Positions 54,879 through 63,227 are shown, counted from the first letter of the stretch. The stretch is 64,000 bases of DNA from Microbacteriaceae bacterium (GCA_047605685.1 JASGFF010000001.1:26940-90939), one strand, 5' to 3'. Made by a program: numbers and translations. The notes: generated by a model not told the origin, from the sequence alone.

Positions 54879-55460
54879 ATGGCGAGCATGGCGGAGCGGA
54901 TGCGGGGCGAGGACCGTCGAGCGCAGGTGCTGGGGATCGCCGCGAAGGAGTTCGCGGAACACGGCCTGCACGGGGCGTCGACGGAGACGATCGCGCGCGC
55001 GGCGGGGATCACCCAGGCGTACGTCTTCCGGATGTTCGGCACGAAGAAGGCGCTGTTCCTGGAGCTCGTGACGGGTGCGTTCGAGCGGGTCGGCGACGGC
55101 ATGCTCGCCGCCGGCGCGGGAGCGACCGGGACGGGGTGCCTGCAGCGGATGGGCGCGCAGTACTACGGGCTGCTGTCGGACCGGACCTCGCTGCTGCTCC
55201 AGCTGCAGGGCTTCGCCGCCTGCGGGGACGCCGAGGTGCAGCGGGTCGTGCGCGAGCGGTTCGCCCGCCTGTGGCAGGTCGTCGCCCAGGCGACCGGGCT
55301 GGATGCGGTGACCGTCAAGTCGTTCCTCGCCTTCGGGATGCTGCTGAACATCGGGGCCGCGATCGACGTCGACGCGATCGCCGAGCCGTGGGCCGAGGGC
55401 GTGCGCACCCGCATCCTGCCGGGCCTGTTCGAGCACATCACGGCGGAGACGAACCGGTGA
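54879..55460 (+). CDS. TetR/AcrR-family transcriptional regulator
   Basis: ORF 193 aa. N-terminal HTH ..FAEHGLHGASTETIARAAGITQAYVFRMF. Confidence 0.85.
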   Translation: MASMAERMRGEDRRAQVLGIAAKEFAEHGLHGASTETIARAAGITQAYVFRMFGTKKALFLELVTGAFERVGDGMLAAGAGATGTGCLQRMGAQYYGLLSDRTSLLLQLQGFAACGDAEVQRVVRERFARLWQVVAQATGLDAVTVKSFLAFGMLLNIGAAIDVDAIAEPWAEGVRTRILPGLFEHITAETNR

Positions 55461-55475
55461 GAGACGAACCGGTGA
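55446..55475. repeat. 15-bp tandem duplication (gagacgaaccggtga x2) at the tetR/MFS junction
   Basis: Copy 1 ends with the tetR stop. Copy 2 contains the GTG that can start the MFS gene. Confidence 0.85.
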
Positions 55476-56869
55476 GCGCGATGCCGGCGCACTCGCCGGC
55501 ACGCGGCCTCGGCCCGGCGATCGTGACCGTCGCGTTCCTCGGGGCGGTGATCGGCGGCGTCGGCGCCCCGCTCATCACCTCGGCCGCCCTCGCCCTCGAC
55601 GTGCCGCTGGACGCCGCCCAGTGGACGCTGACGGTCACGCTGTTCGCCGGGGCGATCTCCGCGCCCGTGCTCGGCAGGCTCGGCGCCGGCTGCCATCGTC
55701 GCGCCACGATCCTCGTCACCCTCGCCCTGGTCGCGCTCGGCGGACTGCTCACCGCGATCCCGCTGCCGTTCGGAGTGCTGCTGGTCGGCCGCGCCCTGCA
55801 GGGCCTCGGCCTCGGCGTCGTCGCGCTGCTGATGAGCGTGGCCCGCGAGCACCTGCCCGCCGGACGCGCGCAGTCCACGATCGCGACCGTCTCGGTCGCC
55901 TCCACCGTCGGCATCGGCGTCGCCTACCCGCTCCTGGGCCTCATCGACCAGCTCGCGGGCCTGCGCGTCGCCTACGGCGTCGGCTTCCTGCTCTCCGGCG
56001 CCGCCGTCCTGATCGCCTGGCGCACCATCCCGAAGGACGCCCCGCGCCCGGCCGTCCGCGTCGACGTGCCCGGCGCCGCGCTGCTCGGCCTCGGCACGCT
56101 CGGGGTGCTGCTGGTCGTCGCCCGGCCCTCGGTGTGGGACGCGCCCTGGGTCGGTTCCTCCATCCTCATCCTGGCCGTGATCGCGCTCGGCGCGTGGGTC
56201 GCGGTCGAACGGCGCAGCGCCGTTCCCCTGGTCGACCTCGGCCTGTTCATGACGGGCGGGGTGCTGCGTGCCAACATCGCGATGCTCGCCTCCGGTGTCG
56301 GGATGTACCTGCTGTTCTCGCTGCTCACCCGCTATGTGCAGACCCCGGTGGATGCCGGGTACGGCTTCGGGCTCTCCGGGGTGCTGGCCGGCGCCGCGCT
56401 CATCCCGTTCTCCGTGCTCGGCTTCGTCGCCGGCCGGCTCACCCCCTGGTTGACCGGCCGCGTGAGCGCGCGGTGGACCTTCGTGATCCACGCCGCCTGC
56501 GTCGTCCTCGCCGCGGTCCTGTTCGCGATCGTGCCGGGCTCGCTCATCGCAACCCTCGCGGCGATGGCCGTCCTCGGCTTCGGTGTCGGCGGCGTCTCCG
56601 CGATCATGCCCCGCCTCGTCCTCGACGGCGCGCCCCAGCGGGAGACCTCGAGCGTCCTGTCGATCAACCAGATCGTCCGCAGCGTCGGCTTCAGCGTCGG
56701 CAGCGCCCTCGCCGGCCTCCTGCTCGCCACCACCACCCCGAGCGACGCCCTGTTCCCCGACGAGCGCGGCTACACCATCGCCGCCGTGTGCGTGGTCCCG
56801 TCGCTCGTGCTCGCCGCCGTCGTCGTCCTGCTGCCGCATCGCGGGACAGCGGCGGGCCCGGACCGCTGA
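55472..56869 (+). CDS. MFS transporter (drug:H+ antiporter-like)
   Basis: In frame with ORF 55136..56869. About 12-14 TM segments. Start at GTG 55472 or ATG 55481. Confidence 0.85.
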   Translation: MSAMPAHSPARGLGPAIVTVAFLGAVIGGVGAPLITSAALALDVPLDAAQWTLTVTLFAGAISAPVLGRLGAGCHRRATILVTLALVALGGLLTAIPLPFGVLLVGRALQGLGLGVVALLMSVAREHLPAGRAQSTIATVSVASTVGIGVAYPLLGLIDQLAGLRVAYGVGFLLSGAAVLIAWRTIPKDAPRPAVRVDVPGAALLGLGTLGVLLVVARPSVWDAPWVGSSILILAVIALGAWVAVERRSAVPLVDLGLFMTGGVLRANIAMLASGVGMYLLFSLLTRYVQTPVDAGYGFGLSGVLAGAALIPFSVLGFVAGRLTPWLTGRVSARWTFVIHAACVVLAAVLFAIVPGSLIATLAAMAVLGFGVGGVSAIMPRLVLDGAPQRETSSVLSINQIVRSVGFSVGSALAGLLLATTTPSDALFPDERGYTIAAVCVVPSLVLAAVVVLLPHRGTAAGPDR

Positions 56870-57081
56870 GGCGCGCCTCGACAGCCCCGGCGGAGGCCCC
56901 ATCGGACGGACCGGTCGAGAATGCTCCCGATCGTGGAGTCGGCCGCGTCCATGAAGACCCGACCCCCACCAGGCGGACTCGTCGGGCCGGCTCGTCTCGT
57001 ATCCGCTTCGCAGCGGCCCGGTACTCGTGAGGGCTCAACCGTTCACGATGTCCCGAGACATCACAGTGTGGAGACGGAGGC

Positions 57082-57142
57082 GCGGAGACGGAGGGATTTG
57101 AACCCTCGGTCCCCGTGAGGGGACTCCACACTTAGCAGGGTG
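57082..57142 (-). repeat. copy of the 3' part of tRNA-Ser(GCU) (anticodon loop to 3' end), att-type direct repeat
   Basis: 61 nt that match 61665..61724 apart from a single 1-nt indel. Lacks the 5' half of the tRNA. Confidence 0.85.
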
Positions 57143-57180
57143 AGACCGTCGGCCAGCCAGTCACCTCATCCCCCGCCGCT

Positions 57181-57297
57181 TCATGCCTGAACTCGCGTGA
57201 GCCGCCGACAGTGACCGGCCTCTGCGGTCTCGTAGTAGCGGACGGCATCGAGGAACTCAGCCTCCGCCTCCAGGTGGACGTGCGGGCGGAGGGTCAC
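57181..57297 (-). pseudogene. truncated ParE/RelE-type toxin (first ~28 codons recognisable)
   Basis: My translation is VTLRPHVHLEAEAEFLDAVRYYETAEAGH.. then a premature stop. GTGA overlap with the upstream antitoxin gene. Ends about 40 nt from the att repeat. Confidence 0.5.
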
Positions 57298-57545
57298 TTA
57301 CGCGGGTCGTCCAGGAGCGCGCGGGCCTTGTCGTGGGTCTGCTCGAAGGCGCCCAACTCGACTCGGTCGTTCAAAATGTCATCGACACGAGACCCGATCT
57401 CGTCGCGCCAGGCATCGTCAGTCTCCGACTGCGACGCGTCATCCTCGGGGTGCAAGCTGGCGAGAAGGCGGTGCGCGAGCACGGTGCGCTCGTCCAGGTC
57501 GAGCGCTAGACCCGCCTGATACACCTCGTCGGCCTTGAGCGCCAT
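57294..57545 (-). CDS. addiction-module antitoxin-like protein (putative addiction module component family)
   Basis: ORF 57294..57614 trimmed to Met24: MALKADEVYQAGLALDLDERTVLAHRLLASL..DDAWRDEIGSRVDDI.. matches the family pattern. Confidence 0.6.
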   Translation of the reverse strand: MALKADEVYQAGLALDLDERTVLAHRLLASLHPEDDASQSETDDAWRDEIGSRVDDILNDRVELGAFEQTHDKARALLDDPRK

Positions 57546-57592
57546 GTGTCGAGCGTACGGCGGCGCACTGACATCAGCCGGGATCACGCGCT

Positions 57593-58717
57593 TCAAGGCG
57601 AAGGCGCGGGCCACCGCTGGATGCTCTGCGTCGCGCGTCCCATGAGTGCGGGTGGCGTCGCTCGCAGCAACGCATCGCGGATGCCGGCACCGATCGGATG
57701 GGATGCCTGCGCGACCTTCGCCATCTGGCGCGACCGCCGCCAGATCGCCCGAGTCCGCTTCCTCCGCAGCTCGTCGTACCGGGAGAGCGCCGTGTGCAGA
57801 TCGCCGTGTCGCAGCAGGAGCGTCAGTGTGGCGGCGTCCTCAATGGCCTGGCCCGCACCCTGTCCAAGATTCGGGGTCATGCCGTGGGCGGCGTCGCCGA
57901 GCAGCACCGTGCGGCCCTTGATGAACGTGGCCGGGAGGCGGGCGAGGTCGTAGATGTCGTGGTGGAGCACCGCGCCTGTAGGGGTCGCGTCGATGCAGTC
58001 CAGGATCGGCGGGTGCCAGTGGCCGAACCGCTCCCGCACCGCCTGGCGCTCGTCCTCCGCCCGCTGGCCCGCGGTCGTGGATTCGGTGGCGAACCAGTAG
58101 ACCCGATCATCCGGCAGCGGCACGATGCCGAAGATGCGCCCGCGTCCCCACGTCTCGCCGGCCTCGCCATGCACATCGACGCCGGCCGCGGTGACGCCGC
58201 GCCAGGCGGTGTACCCGGCGTAGCGCACGCCGCGATCCAGTCCCAGCCGGGCGCGGGCGTCGCTGCGCAGCCCGTCGGCGGCGATCACCAGATCGAACCG
58301 CTCGGCGGCTCCGGCGACGGTCACGACCGGCTCGCCGTCCTCCGCGACGACGGCGCCCTGCCCGAGCCGGAGGCTCCCGGCGGGCAGAGCATCGACGAGC
58401 GCGCGGTAGAGCTCGGCCCGGTGCAGACTGCGCAGGCTCGGCACCGCGCTGGGTGGCAGCGACATCAGCCGGTCGCCGGACGGCACGCGCTGGCCCGCCC
58501 GCAGCCGGGCGATCGCATCGCTGCTGACCCGACGCACCGTGTCGCCCCGGCCGATCGCGTCGAGCGCGCCGAAGGCGTTGCCGAACAGCGTCAGCCCGGC
58601 CCCGACCGCGCCGGGCTCGTCGCGGCGCTCGTAGACGACGACCTCGTGCCCGTCGGCGCTCAGACCCGCGCCCGCGGTCAGCCCGCCGATCCCCGCTCCG
58701 ATCACCGCGACACGCAT
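57593..58717 (-). CDS. FAD-dependent aromatic-ring monooxygenase family protein
   Basis: C-terminal 374 codons of ORF 57593..59236. MRVAVIGAGIGGL, DLVIAADGLRS and LLGDAAHGMTPNLGQGAGQAIED motifs. Confidence 0.85.
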   Translation of the reverse strand: MRVAVIGAGIGGLTAGAGLSADGHEVVVYERRDEPGAVGAGLTLFGNAFGALDAIGRGDTVRRVSSDAIARLRAGQRVPSGDRLMSLPPSAVPSLRSLHRAELYRALVDALPAGSLRLGQGAVVAEDGEPVVTVAGAAERFDLVIAADGLRSDARARLGLDRGVRYAGYTAWRGVTAAGVDVHGEAGETWGRGRIFGIVPLPDDRVYWFATESTTAGQRAEDERQAVRERFGHWHPPILDCIDATPTGAVLHHDIYDLARLPATFIKGRTVLLGDAAHGMTPNLGQGAGQAIEDAATLTLLLRHGDLHTALSRYDELRRKRTRAIWRRSRQMAKVAQASHPIGAGIRDALLRATPPALMGRATQSIQRWPAPSP

Positions 58718-58997
58718 CCAACAACCCTCGTGCTTCCTGTCCACCAAGCCTCCCAGACAACCCACGAGCACAGGGCGGACCAGCCCACCGGGCGCTGCGC
58801 GGGATCGACGGGGCGGCGGTCGACGGAGATGCGCCGCCGCAGGCTCACCCGCGCATCGACCAGTTCGATCCGCTCGGCCGGTCGGGTCCGCTCGCCCGTC
58901 CGACTCTTGCACCCCGTCGTTGGTGGCAGCGGTGATCGCGTCGCCGTCGCGCGCGTCGAGCCACGCACAGCCAAGGCGGACACGACAGCTGAGCAGT

Positions 58998-59201
58998 GTC
59001 GCCCTGCGCGTGGTGGGCTCGAACGAGATTCCCTCCCCACACCGAGTCGCTGGCGTGCTCGCCGCCTTGCGGCAGCGGCGCAGCGACATCGCGGACGTGT
59101 TCGAGTTCATGTCGCTGACCGGCGTGCGCTGGGGCGAGCTGCGCGCGATCCGCGTGAACTGGCTCTCCGAGGTGCCCCTCGCACAGCTCAACGTCGAGCG
59201 G
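58998..59201 (+). pseudogene. internal tyrosine-recombinase fragment (box I region, ..MSLTGVRWGEL..), duplicate of 60980..61183
   Basis: 204 bp with about 6 mismatches to the second copy. No N- or C-terminal continuation of the integrase. Confidence 0.8.
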
Positions 59202-59263
59202 CCTCGGCCTTCACGCACACCTCGCACTCGTCGCACTCAGGAATGGGGCGACAATCGCCATCC

Positions 59264-59300
59264 TCGGGACACTCGGGACACTTTCGGGACACTCGGGCGG
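59264..59300. repeat. four tandem copies of tcgggacac (last degenerate)
   Basis: Read directly, just right of the integrase-fragment breakpoint. Confidence 0.7.
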
Positions 59301-59361
59301 GTTCCTGAGAGCCGCGTTGAGTCCTTCGGAGACCGCTCGACGCGGCTGCCGATCCGCGGTA

Positions 59362-59384
59362 TTGTGTACGCAATGATTACACAA
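59362..59384. promoter_or_regulatory. inverted repeat ttgtgta-N9-tacacaa upstream of the antitoxin gene (candidate TA autoregulatory operator)
   Basis: AT-rich 7-bp arms, 16 nt before the RBS/ATG of the antitoxin. Confidence 0.45.
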
Positions 59385-59399
59385 CGGAAGGAGGCGGCG

Positions 59400-59684
59400 A
59401 TGGCTGTGACCGTGGGGGTGCGCGAGTTCCGTCAGGACCTCGCTGACTACATCGACGGCGACGAGCCGGTGACGGTGACGCGGCACGGGCGCCGGGTGGG
59501 CGTGTTCATCCCGACCCGCGGTGATCGTGCGGAGGCGATCGCAGCCTACAAGGCAGCGACGGACAAGCTTCACGCGCTGATGGCCGAGCATGGCATCGAT
59601 GAGGACGAGGTCGTGGCCGAGTTCGACGCGATGCGAAAGGCGCGCTGGAAGGCGCAGCGAGAAGCCACCACCTCCGCATCGTGA
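59400..59684 (+). CDS. type II antitoxin (Phd/YefM-like)
   Basis: In-frame ATG after RBS ggaaggagg within ORF 58920..59684. MAVTVGVREFRQDLADYIDGDEPVTVTRHGRRVGVFIP is typical of the family. GTGA overlap with the toxin. Confidence 0.8.
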   Translation: MAVTVGVREFRQDLADYIDGDEPVTVTRHGRRVGVFIPTRGDRAEAIAAYKAATDKLHALMAEHGIDEDEVVAEFDAMRKARWKAQREATTSAS

Positions 59685-60130
59685 CAACGAGGCGAATCGT
59701 TCTCGATGCCAACATCCTCATCCGAGCGGTGCTCGGTAAGAAGGTGGGCGGGTTGCTGACGGAGTACGCGGATTCCATCGACTTCTGCGCGCCGTCGATC
59801 GCGTTCAAAGACGCTGACGAGAACCTGCCCGGCATCATGGCCAAGCGCGGGATCAGCCCGGCGCAGCTCGCCCTGGGGCTGGACGCGGTTCGTCTGCTTG
59901 TCGAGGAGCTGCCCAGCGAGGTCACTGATCCAATGCGGACAAAGGCTTTGCAGCGCATCGGCCGCCGTGATCCCGACGACTGGCCCATCGCCGCTGCGGC
60001 ACTGATCCTCGACTGCCCGATCTGGACCGAGGACAAGGACTTCTTCGGCGCGGGCATCCCCACCTGGACCAGCGACCTCGTGGAGATTTACCTGCGCGAC
60101 AACGACGAGCCGGAACCCGTCACAGACTGA
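59681..60130 (+). CDS. PIN-domain toxin (VapC-like ribonuclease)
   Basis: ORF 149 aa. Acidic quartet candidates in VLDANILI, DPDDWPI and IWTEDKDF. Confidence 0.8.
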   Translation: MTTRRIVLDANILIRAVLGKKVGGLLTEYADSIDFCAPSIAFKDADENLPGIMAKRGISPAQLALGLDAVRLLVEELPSEVTDPMRTKALQRIGRRDPDDWPIAAAALILDCPIWTEDKDFFGAGIPTWTSDLVEIYLRDNDEPEPVTD

Positions 60131-61022
60131 GACCGAGGCCACCGCGCTCCGGGCCGGTGCGGCGGGTGGTGGTGGTCGAGGGGAAGTGGCCGAGCTTCGC
60201 GGCGCGCGCCTCGGCAGCGGCCTTCTCCCGTTCCGCGGCGAGTCTGGCGGCCTCGGCCTGTGCGGCACGTTCGTGGACGAGTTGCGCGGCTTCGCGCAGC
60301 GGCAGCGCCTCGATCTGGGCGAGGTCGCGGCGGTCCTGCTCAGCCTGCTTCCTGAGCGTGGCGGCGCGGGCGGCGATGCTGCTGGGCCTGGCGTCTCCGA
60401 TCGTGCGGCGGCGTAGCGCCGTCTCCTCGCGCAGTTGCCGGGCCGTGAGGCCCTGGCCCGCGCGTCGATCCCGCTCCGCGACCTGTCGCGCTTCGGCCAC
60501 GCGCGGGTCGGTGTCGGCCTGCTGGCCGGCTACGGCCTCGGCCCACTCAGGGATGCCCGTCGCGGTCTGCGGCAGTCGCCCCCAGCGGTCCCGTGTGATC
60601 GTCTCAGCCTCTCGGTGGACGGCGGTCGCCTCCGCGACAGTGCGGGCGGCTGAGCGTCGTCGGAGCCGCCCTGCGCTGGCCTGGACGCGGGTCGCTTCCT
60701 GCATCCGGTCGCGCGCGGCAAGGTAGGCGGTGCCATCTGCGACAGCCTGTTCGACCAAGGGGGCGGCGACCTTGGCGCGGACTTCGGCGGCGTGCTCGAT
60801 CCGTTCCGTGAACCGGGCGCGCTCGGTGTTCACTTCGCGCGCCGGCCCGTCCGCGACGATGCCCGCCACGGCGAATTGTGCCCGCTCGGTCGCCTCGGTC
60901 AGTCCGCGGTCGGCGCGGTCCCGCTCGAGTGCGGCCGTACCCGGTGCGGACGATGAAGAAGATTCCCGAGCTGGGCGCCGTCGCCCTGCGCGTGGTGGGC
61001 TCGAACGAGATTCCCTCCCCAC
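60120..61022 (-). CDS. Ala/Arg/Glu-rich coiled-coil hypothetical protein, probably a gene remnant (possible mobilisation-protein tail)
   Basis: ORF 300 aa. The 5' end runs into the antisense of the integrase repeat, so the true start is unclear. No recognisable catalytic motifs. Confidence 0.3.
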   Translation of the reverse strand: MGRESRSSPPRAGRRRPARESSSSSAPGTAALERDRADRGLTEATERAQFAVAGIVADGPAREVNTERARFTERIEHAAEVRAKVAAPLVEQAVADGTAYLAARDRMQEATRVQASAGRLRRRSAARTVAEATAVHREAETITRDRWGRLPQTATGIPEWAEAVAGQQADTDPRVAEARQVAERDRRAGQGLTARQLREETALRRRTIGDARPSSIAARAATLRKQAEQDRRDLAQIEALPLREAAQLVHERAAQAEAARLAAEREKAAAEARAAKLGHFPSTTTTRRTGPERGGLGLSL

Positions 61023-61612
61023 GCCGAGTCGCTGGCGTGCTCGCCGCCTTGCGGCAGCGGCGCAGCGACATCGCGGACGTGTTCGAGTTCATGTCGCTGA
61101 CCGGCGTGCGCTGGGGCGAGCTGCGCGCGATCCGCGTGAACTGGCTCTCCGAAGTCCCCCTCCCCCAACTCAACGTCGAGCGGTCACACTCCGATCGCTA
61201 CGAGGAGAGGGCACCGAAGTCCTGGCGCGGCACCCGCCCCGTCCCGCTCTCACCGCGAGCCCTGGCGATCTTCCGGCACTACGCGACAGGCAAGGCCGCC
61301 GCCGACTACCTGTTCACCAACCAGCAGGGCGGACAGCTCTCCGCCGGGGTCGTCCGCAAGTTCCCGCTCGGCTTCCGCCGCCACGCGCTCCGCCACCACA
61401 CCGCATCCACCTGGCTGCGGCTCGGCACGCCCCTCCACGAGGTCGCCGAGTACCTGGGCGACGAAGCGCGCACCGTGCTCGCGGTCTACGCGCACGTCCT
61501 CGGCGAAGGCCAGCGGCGCGACCACGTGCGGCGTCTCGCGGCCGCCGAAGAGTTCGACCGGAAGTCGGAACACTCACGGGACGCTCGGAGCGGCCCAAGC
61601 CTCGGACTCTGA
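60878..61612 (+). CDS. tyrosine recombinase/integrase, catalytic domain only (N-terminal core-binding domain missing)
   Basis: ORF 244 aa. R (GVRWGEL), HALRHH (HxxR) and VYAHV (catalytic Tyr). Recognisable homology begins at 60980. Ends 50 nt from the tRNA-Ser 3' end. Confidence 0.7.
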   Translation: MPARSPRSVRGRRGPARVRPYPVRTMKKIPELGAVALRVVGSNEIPSPRRVAGVLAALRQRRSDIADVFEFMSLTGVRWGELRAIRVNWLSEVPLPQLNVERSHSDRYEERAPKSWRGTRPVPLSPRALAIFRHYATGKAAADYLFTNQQGGQLSAGVVRKFPLGFRRHALRHHTASTWLRLGTPLHEVAEYLGDEARTVLAVYAHVLGEGQRRDHVRRLAAAEEFDRKSEHSRDARSGPSLGL

Positions 61613-61662
61613 TCGCCAACACCCGACAGTCGAGCCGTAGAAATGGCTCTTGACCTGGGAAG

Positions 61663-61754
61663 TGGCGGAGACGGAGGGATTTGAACCCTCGGTCCCCGTG
61701 AGGGGACTCCACCTTAGCAGGGTGGTGCACTCGACCGGACTATGCGACGTCTCC
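61663..61754 (-). tRNA. tRNA-Ser (anticodon GCU), CCA encoded
   Basis: The reverse complement GGAGACGTCGCATAGTCCGGTCGAGTGCACCACCCTGCTAAGGTGGAGTCCCCTCACGGGGACCGAGGGTTCAAATCCCTCCGTCTCCGCCA has 7-bp acceptor pairing, a long variable arm and a TTCAAAT T-loop. Confidence 0.9.
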
Positions 61755-61801
61755 CGAGATGGTGCTCGAGTCATCATAGCCGAGCCCGGAGGCGCGCCCG
61801 C

Positions 61802-63103
61802 TCAGTTCGGCACGACGCAGGTCTGCTGGTCGGCGGTCTGGCCGAGGCCGAGGCTCGAGGTGGCGGTCGAGGAGGACGTCGCGGTGCTCGTGGCGGATGC
61901 CGTGGACGACTTCGTGGACGACTTCGTGGAGGAGCCGGTCGCGCTCGCCGTCGCGGTGTCGGTCGCGGTCGCGGTGGCATCCGGGTCTTCGGTGACGGCG
62001 TTGCGGGTGCTGAACTCGCTCGGGCTGAACTGCTCGTCGTTCTCGATGTACTCCATCATCTGCGCGGCCTGCGCCGTCACCGGCGCGACCTTGCCCTCGT
62101 ACACCCCGCCGACGCCCGTCGTGCTCGGGTACTGCACGAGTGTGATGTCCGCGGCGGGGATGTCCTTGAGCGCGAGGGCGATCGAGACCAGCCGCGGCAC
62201 CGAGGCGAGCGACTCCGAGAGCTCCATGTTCTCCGTCGCCGCCTCCGCGAGCGCGTAGACCTCGGTCGCGTTGCTGAGGGTCGCCTCGGCCTGCAGGGTG
62301 CGCACCATGGAGGCGAGGTAGACCTGCTGCGCACCGATGCGGGAGAGGTCCGAGCCGTCGCCGAAGGAGTGCCGGGTGCGCAGGAAGGCGAGCGCCTGCT
62401 TGCCCTTGACGTAGGTCGTGCCGGCCTTGAGGTCGAGGCCGGTGTTGGCGTCGGTGACATCCGCGGTGACGCAGACCGGCACGCCGCCGATCGCGTCGGT
62501 CATGGCGATGACGCCCTGGAACGTGATCAGGCCGGCGAACTGGATGTCGAGGCCGGTGAGGTCGGAGATCGTGCTGGCCACGCAGGAGAGCCCACCATCG
62601 GAGAGCGCGACGTTGAGCGGCTGGGCGGACTGCGCCGGCGTGGTGCCGCTGCCGTCCTCCTTCTCGCAGGCGGGGATCGGCACCACCAGGTCGCGCGGGA
62701 AGCTCACCGCGACGGCCCAGGACTGGTCCTGGGCCACGTGCAGCAGGATGTTGACGTCGTTGAGCTTCGAGGAGCGCACGCCGTAGCCCGAGCAGTCCTC
62801 GGTGCACTGGTCGCTGCCGACGATGAGGATGTTGAAGCCGCCCTCGATCTTGCCGATCGCCGGGATCTCCTCGTCGTCCCCCGCGATGTGCACCGTGTCG
62901 ATCTGCTCGGCCAGCCGCCAGGTGACGAAGGCGCCGAGCGAGACCGTGCTCACGAGCGCGACGACGACGACCGCGGCGACGATGCCGATGACGCGGCGGG
63001 TGAGCGTGAGCTGGCGCAGGCGGCCGTGGCGCACCGGGCCCGGCCGCTCGGCATTGCCGGCCGCAGTGTTCCCCGCCTCGGACCCGGGCTCGCCGTCGGA
63101 CAT
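61802..63103 (-). CDS. LytR-CpsA-Psr (LCP) family cell-wall glycopolymer ligase
   Basis: ORF 61802..63412 trimmed to the ATG at 63103. N-terminal TM anchor, FNILIVGSD..SFPRDL..LAFLRTRH motifs, and a Ser/Thr-rich tail containing a 12-bp x2 repeat (61902-61925). Confidence 0.85.
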   Translation of the reverse strand: MSDGEPGSEAGNTAAGNAERPGPVRHGRLRQLTLTRRVIGIVAAVVVVALVSTVSLGAFVTWRLAEQIDTVHIAGDDEEIPAIGKIEGGFNILIVGSDQCTEDCSGYGVRSSKLNDVNILLHVAQDQSWAVAVSFPRDLVVPIPACEKEDGSGTTPAQSAQPLNVALSDGGLSCVASTISDLTGLDIQFAGLITFQGVIAMTDAIGGVPVCVTADVTDANTGLDLKAGTTYVKGKQALAFLRTRHSFGDGSDLSRIGAQQVYLASMVRTLQAEATLSNATEVYALAEAATENMELSESLASVPRLVSIALALKDIPAADITLVQYPSTTGVGGVYEGKVAPVTAQAAQMMEYIENDEQFSPSEFSTRNAVTEDPDATATATDTATASATGSSTKSSTKSSTASATSTATSSSTATSSLGLGQTADQQTCVVPN

Positions 63104-63227
63104 GTCGTTCCCTTCGACCGTTCCCGGTCGACCGGGACGCACTTCGCGCCATGCTACCCGGGCGACTGGGTGTCGCCGGTCAACGGCCGCGCGGCTCGCC
63201 CGGTGCACGCTGCTCGGTGCACGCCGT

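Larger units (their letters stand above)
57082..61754. mobile_element. decayed integrative element inserted at tRNA-Ser, bounded by tRNA-derived direct repeats
   Basis: An intact tRNA-Ser with an adjacent tyrosine-recombinase gene at one end and a tRNA 3'-half repeat at the other. The cargo is TA modules, a monooxygenase and gene fragments. Confidence 0.7.

Noticed and set aside
56691-57131. ORFs translating ..WSPLTGTEGSNPSVS.. here and at 61574..61777
   Set aside because: The shared peptide is just the translation of tRNA-Ser-derived DNA, so this is not a conserved protein.
57082-57142. A second tRNA-Ser gene
   Set aside because: Only the segment from the anticodon loop to the 3' end is present. 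There is no acceptor 5' strand or D-arm, and it has a 1-nt insertion. I interpret it as an att repeat.
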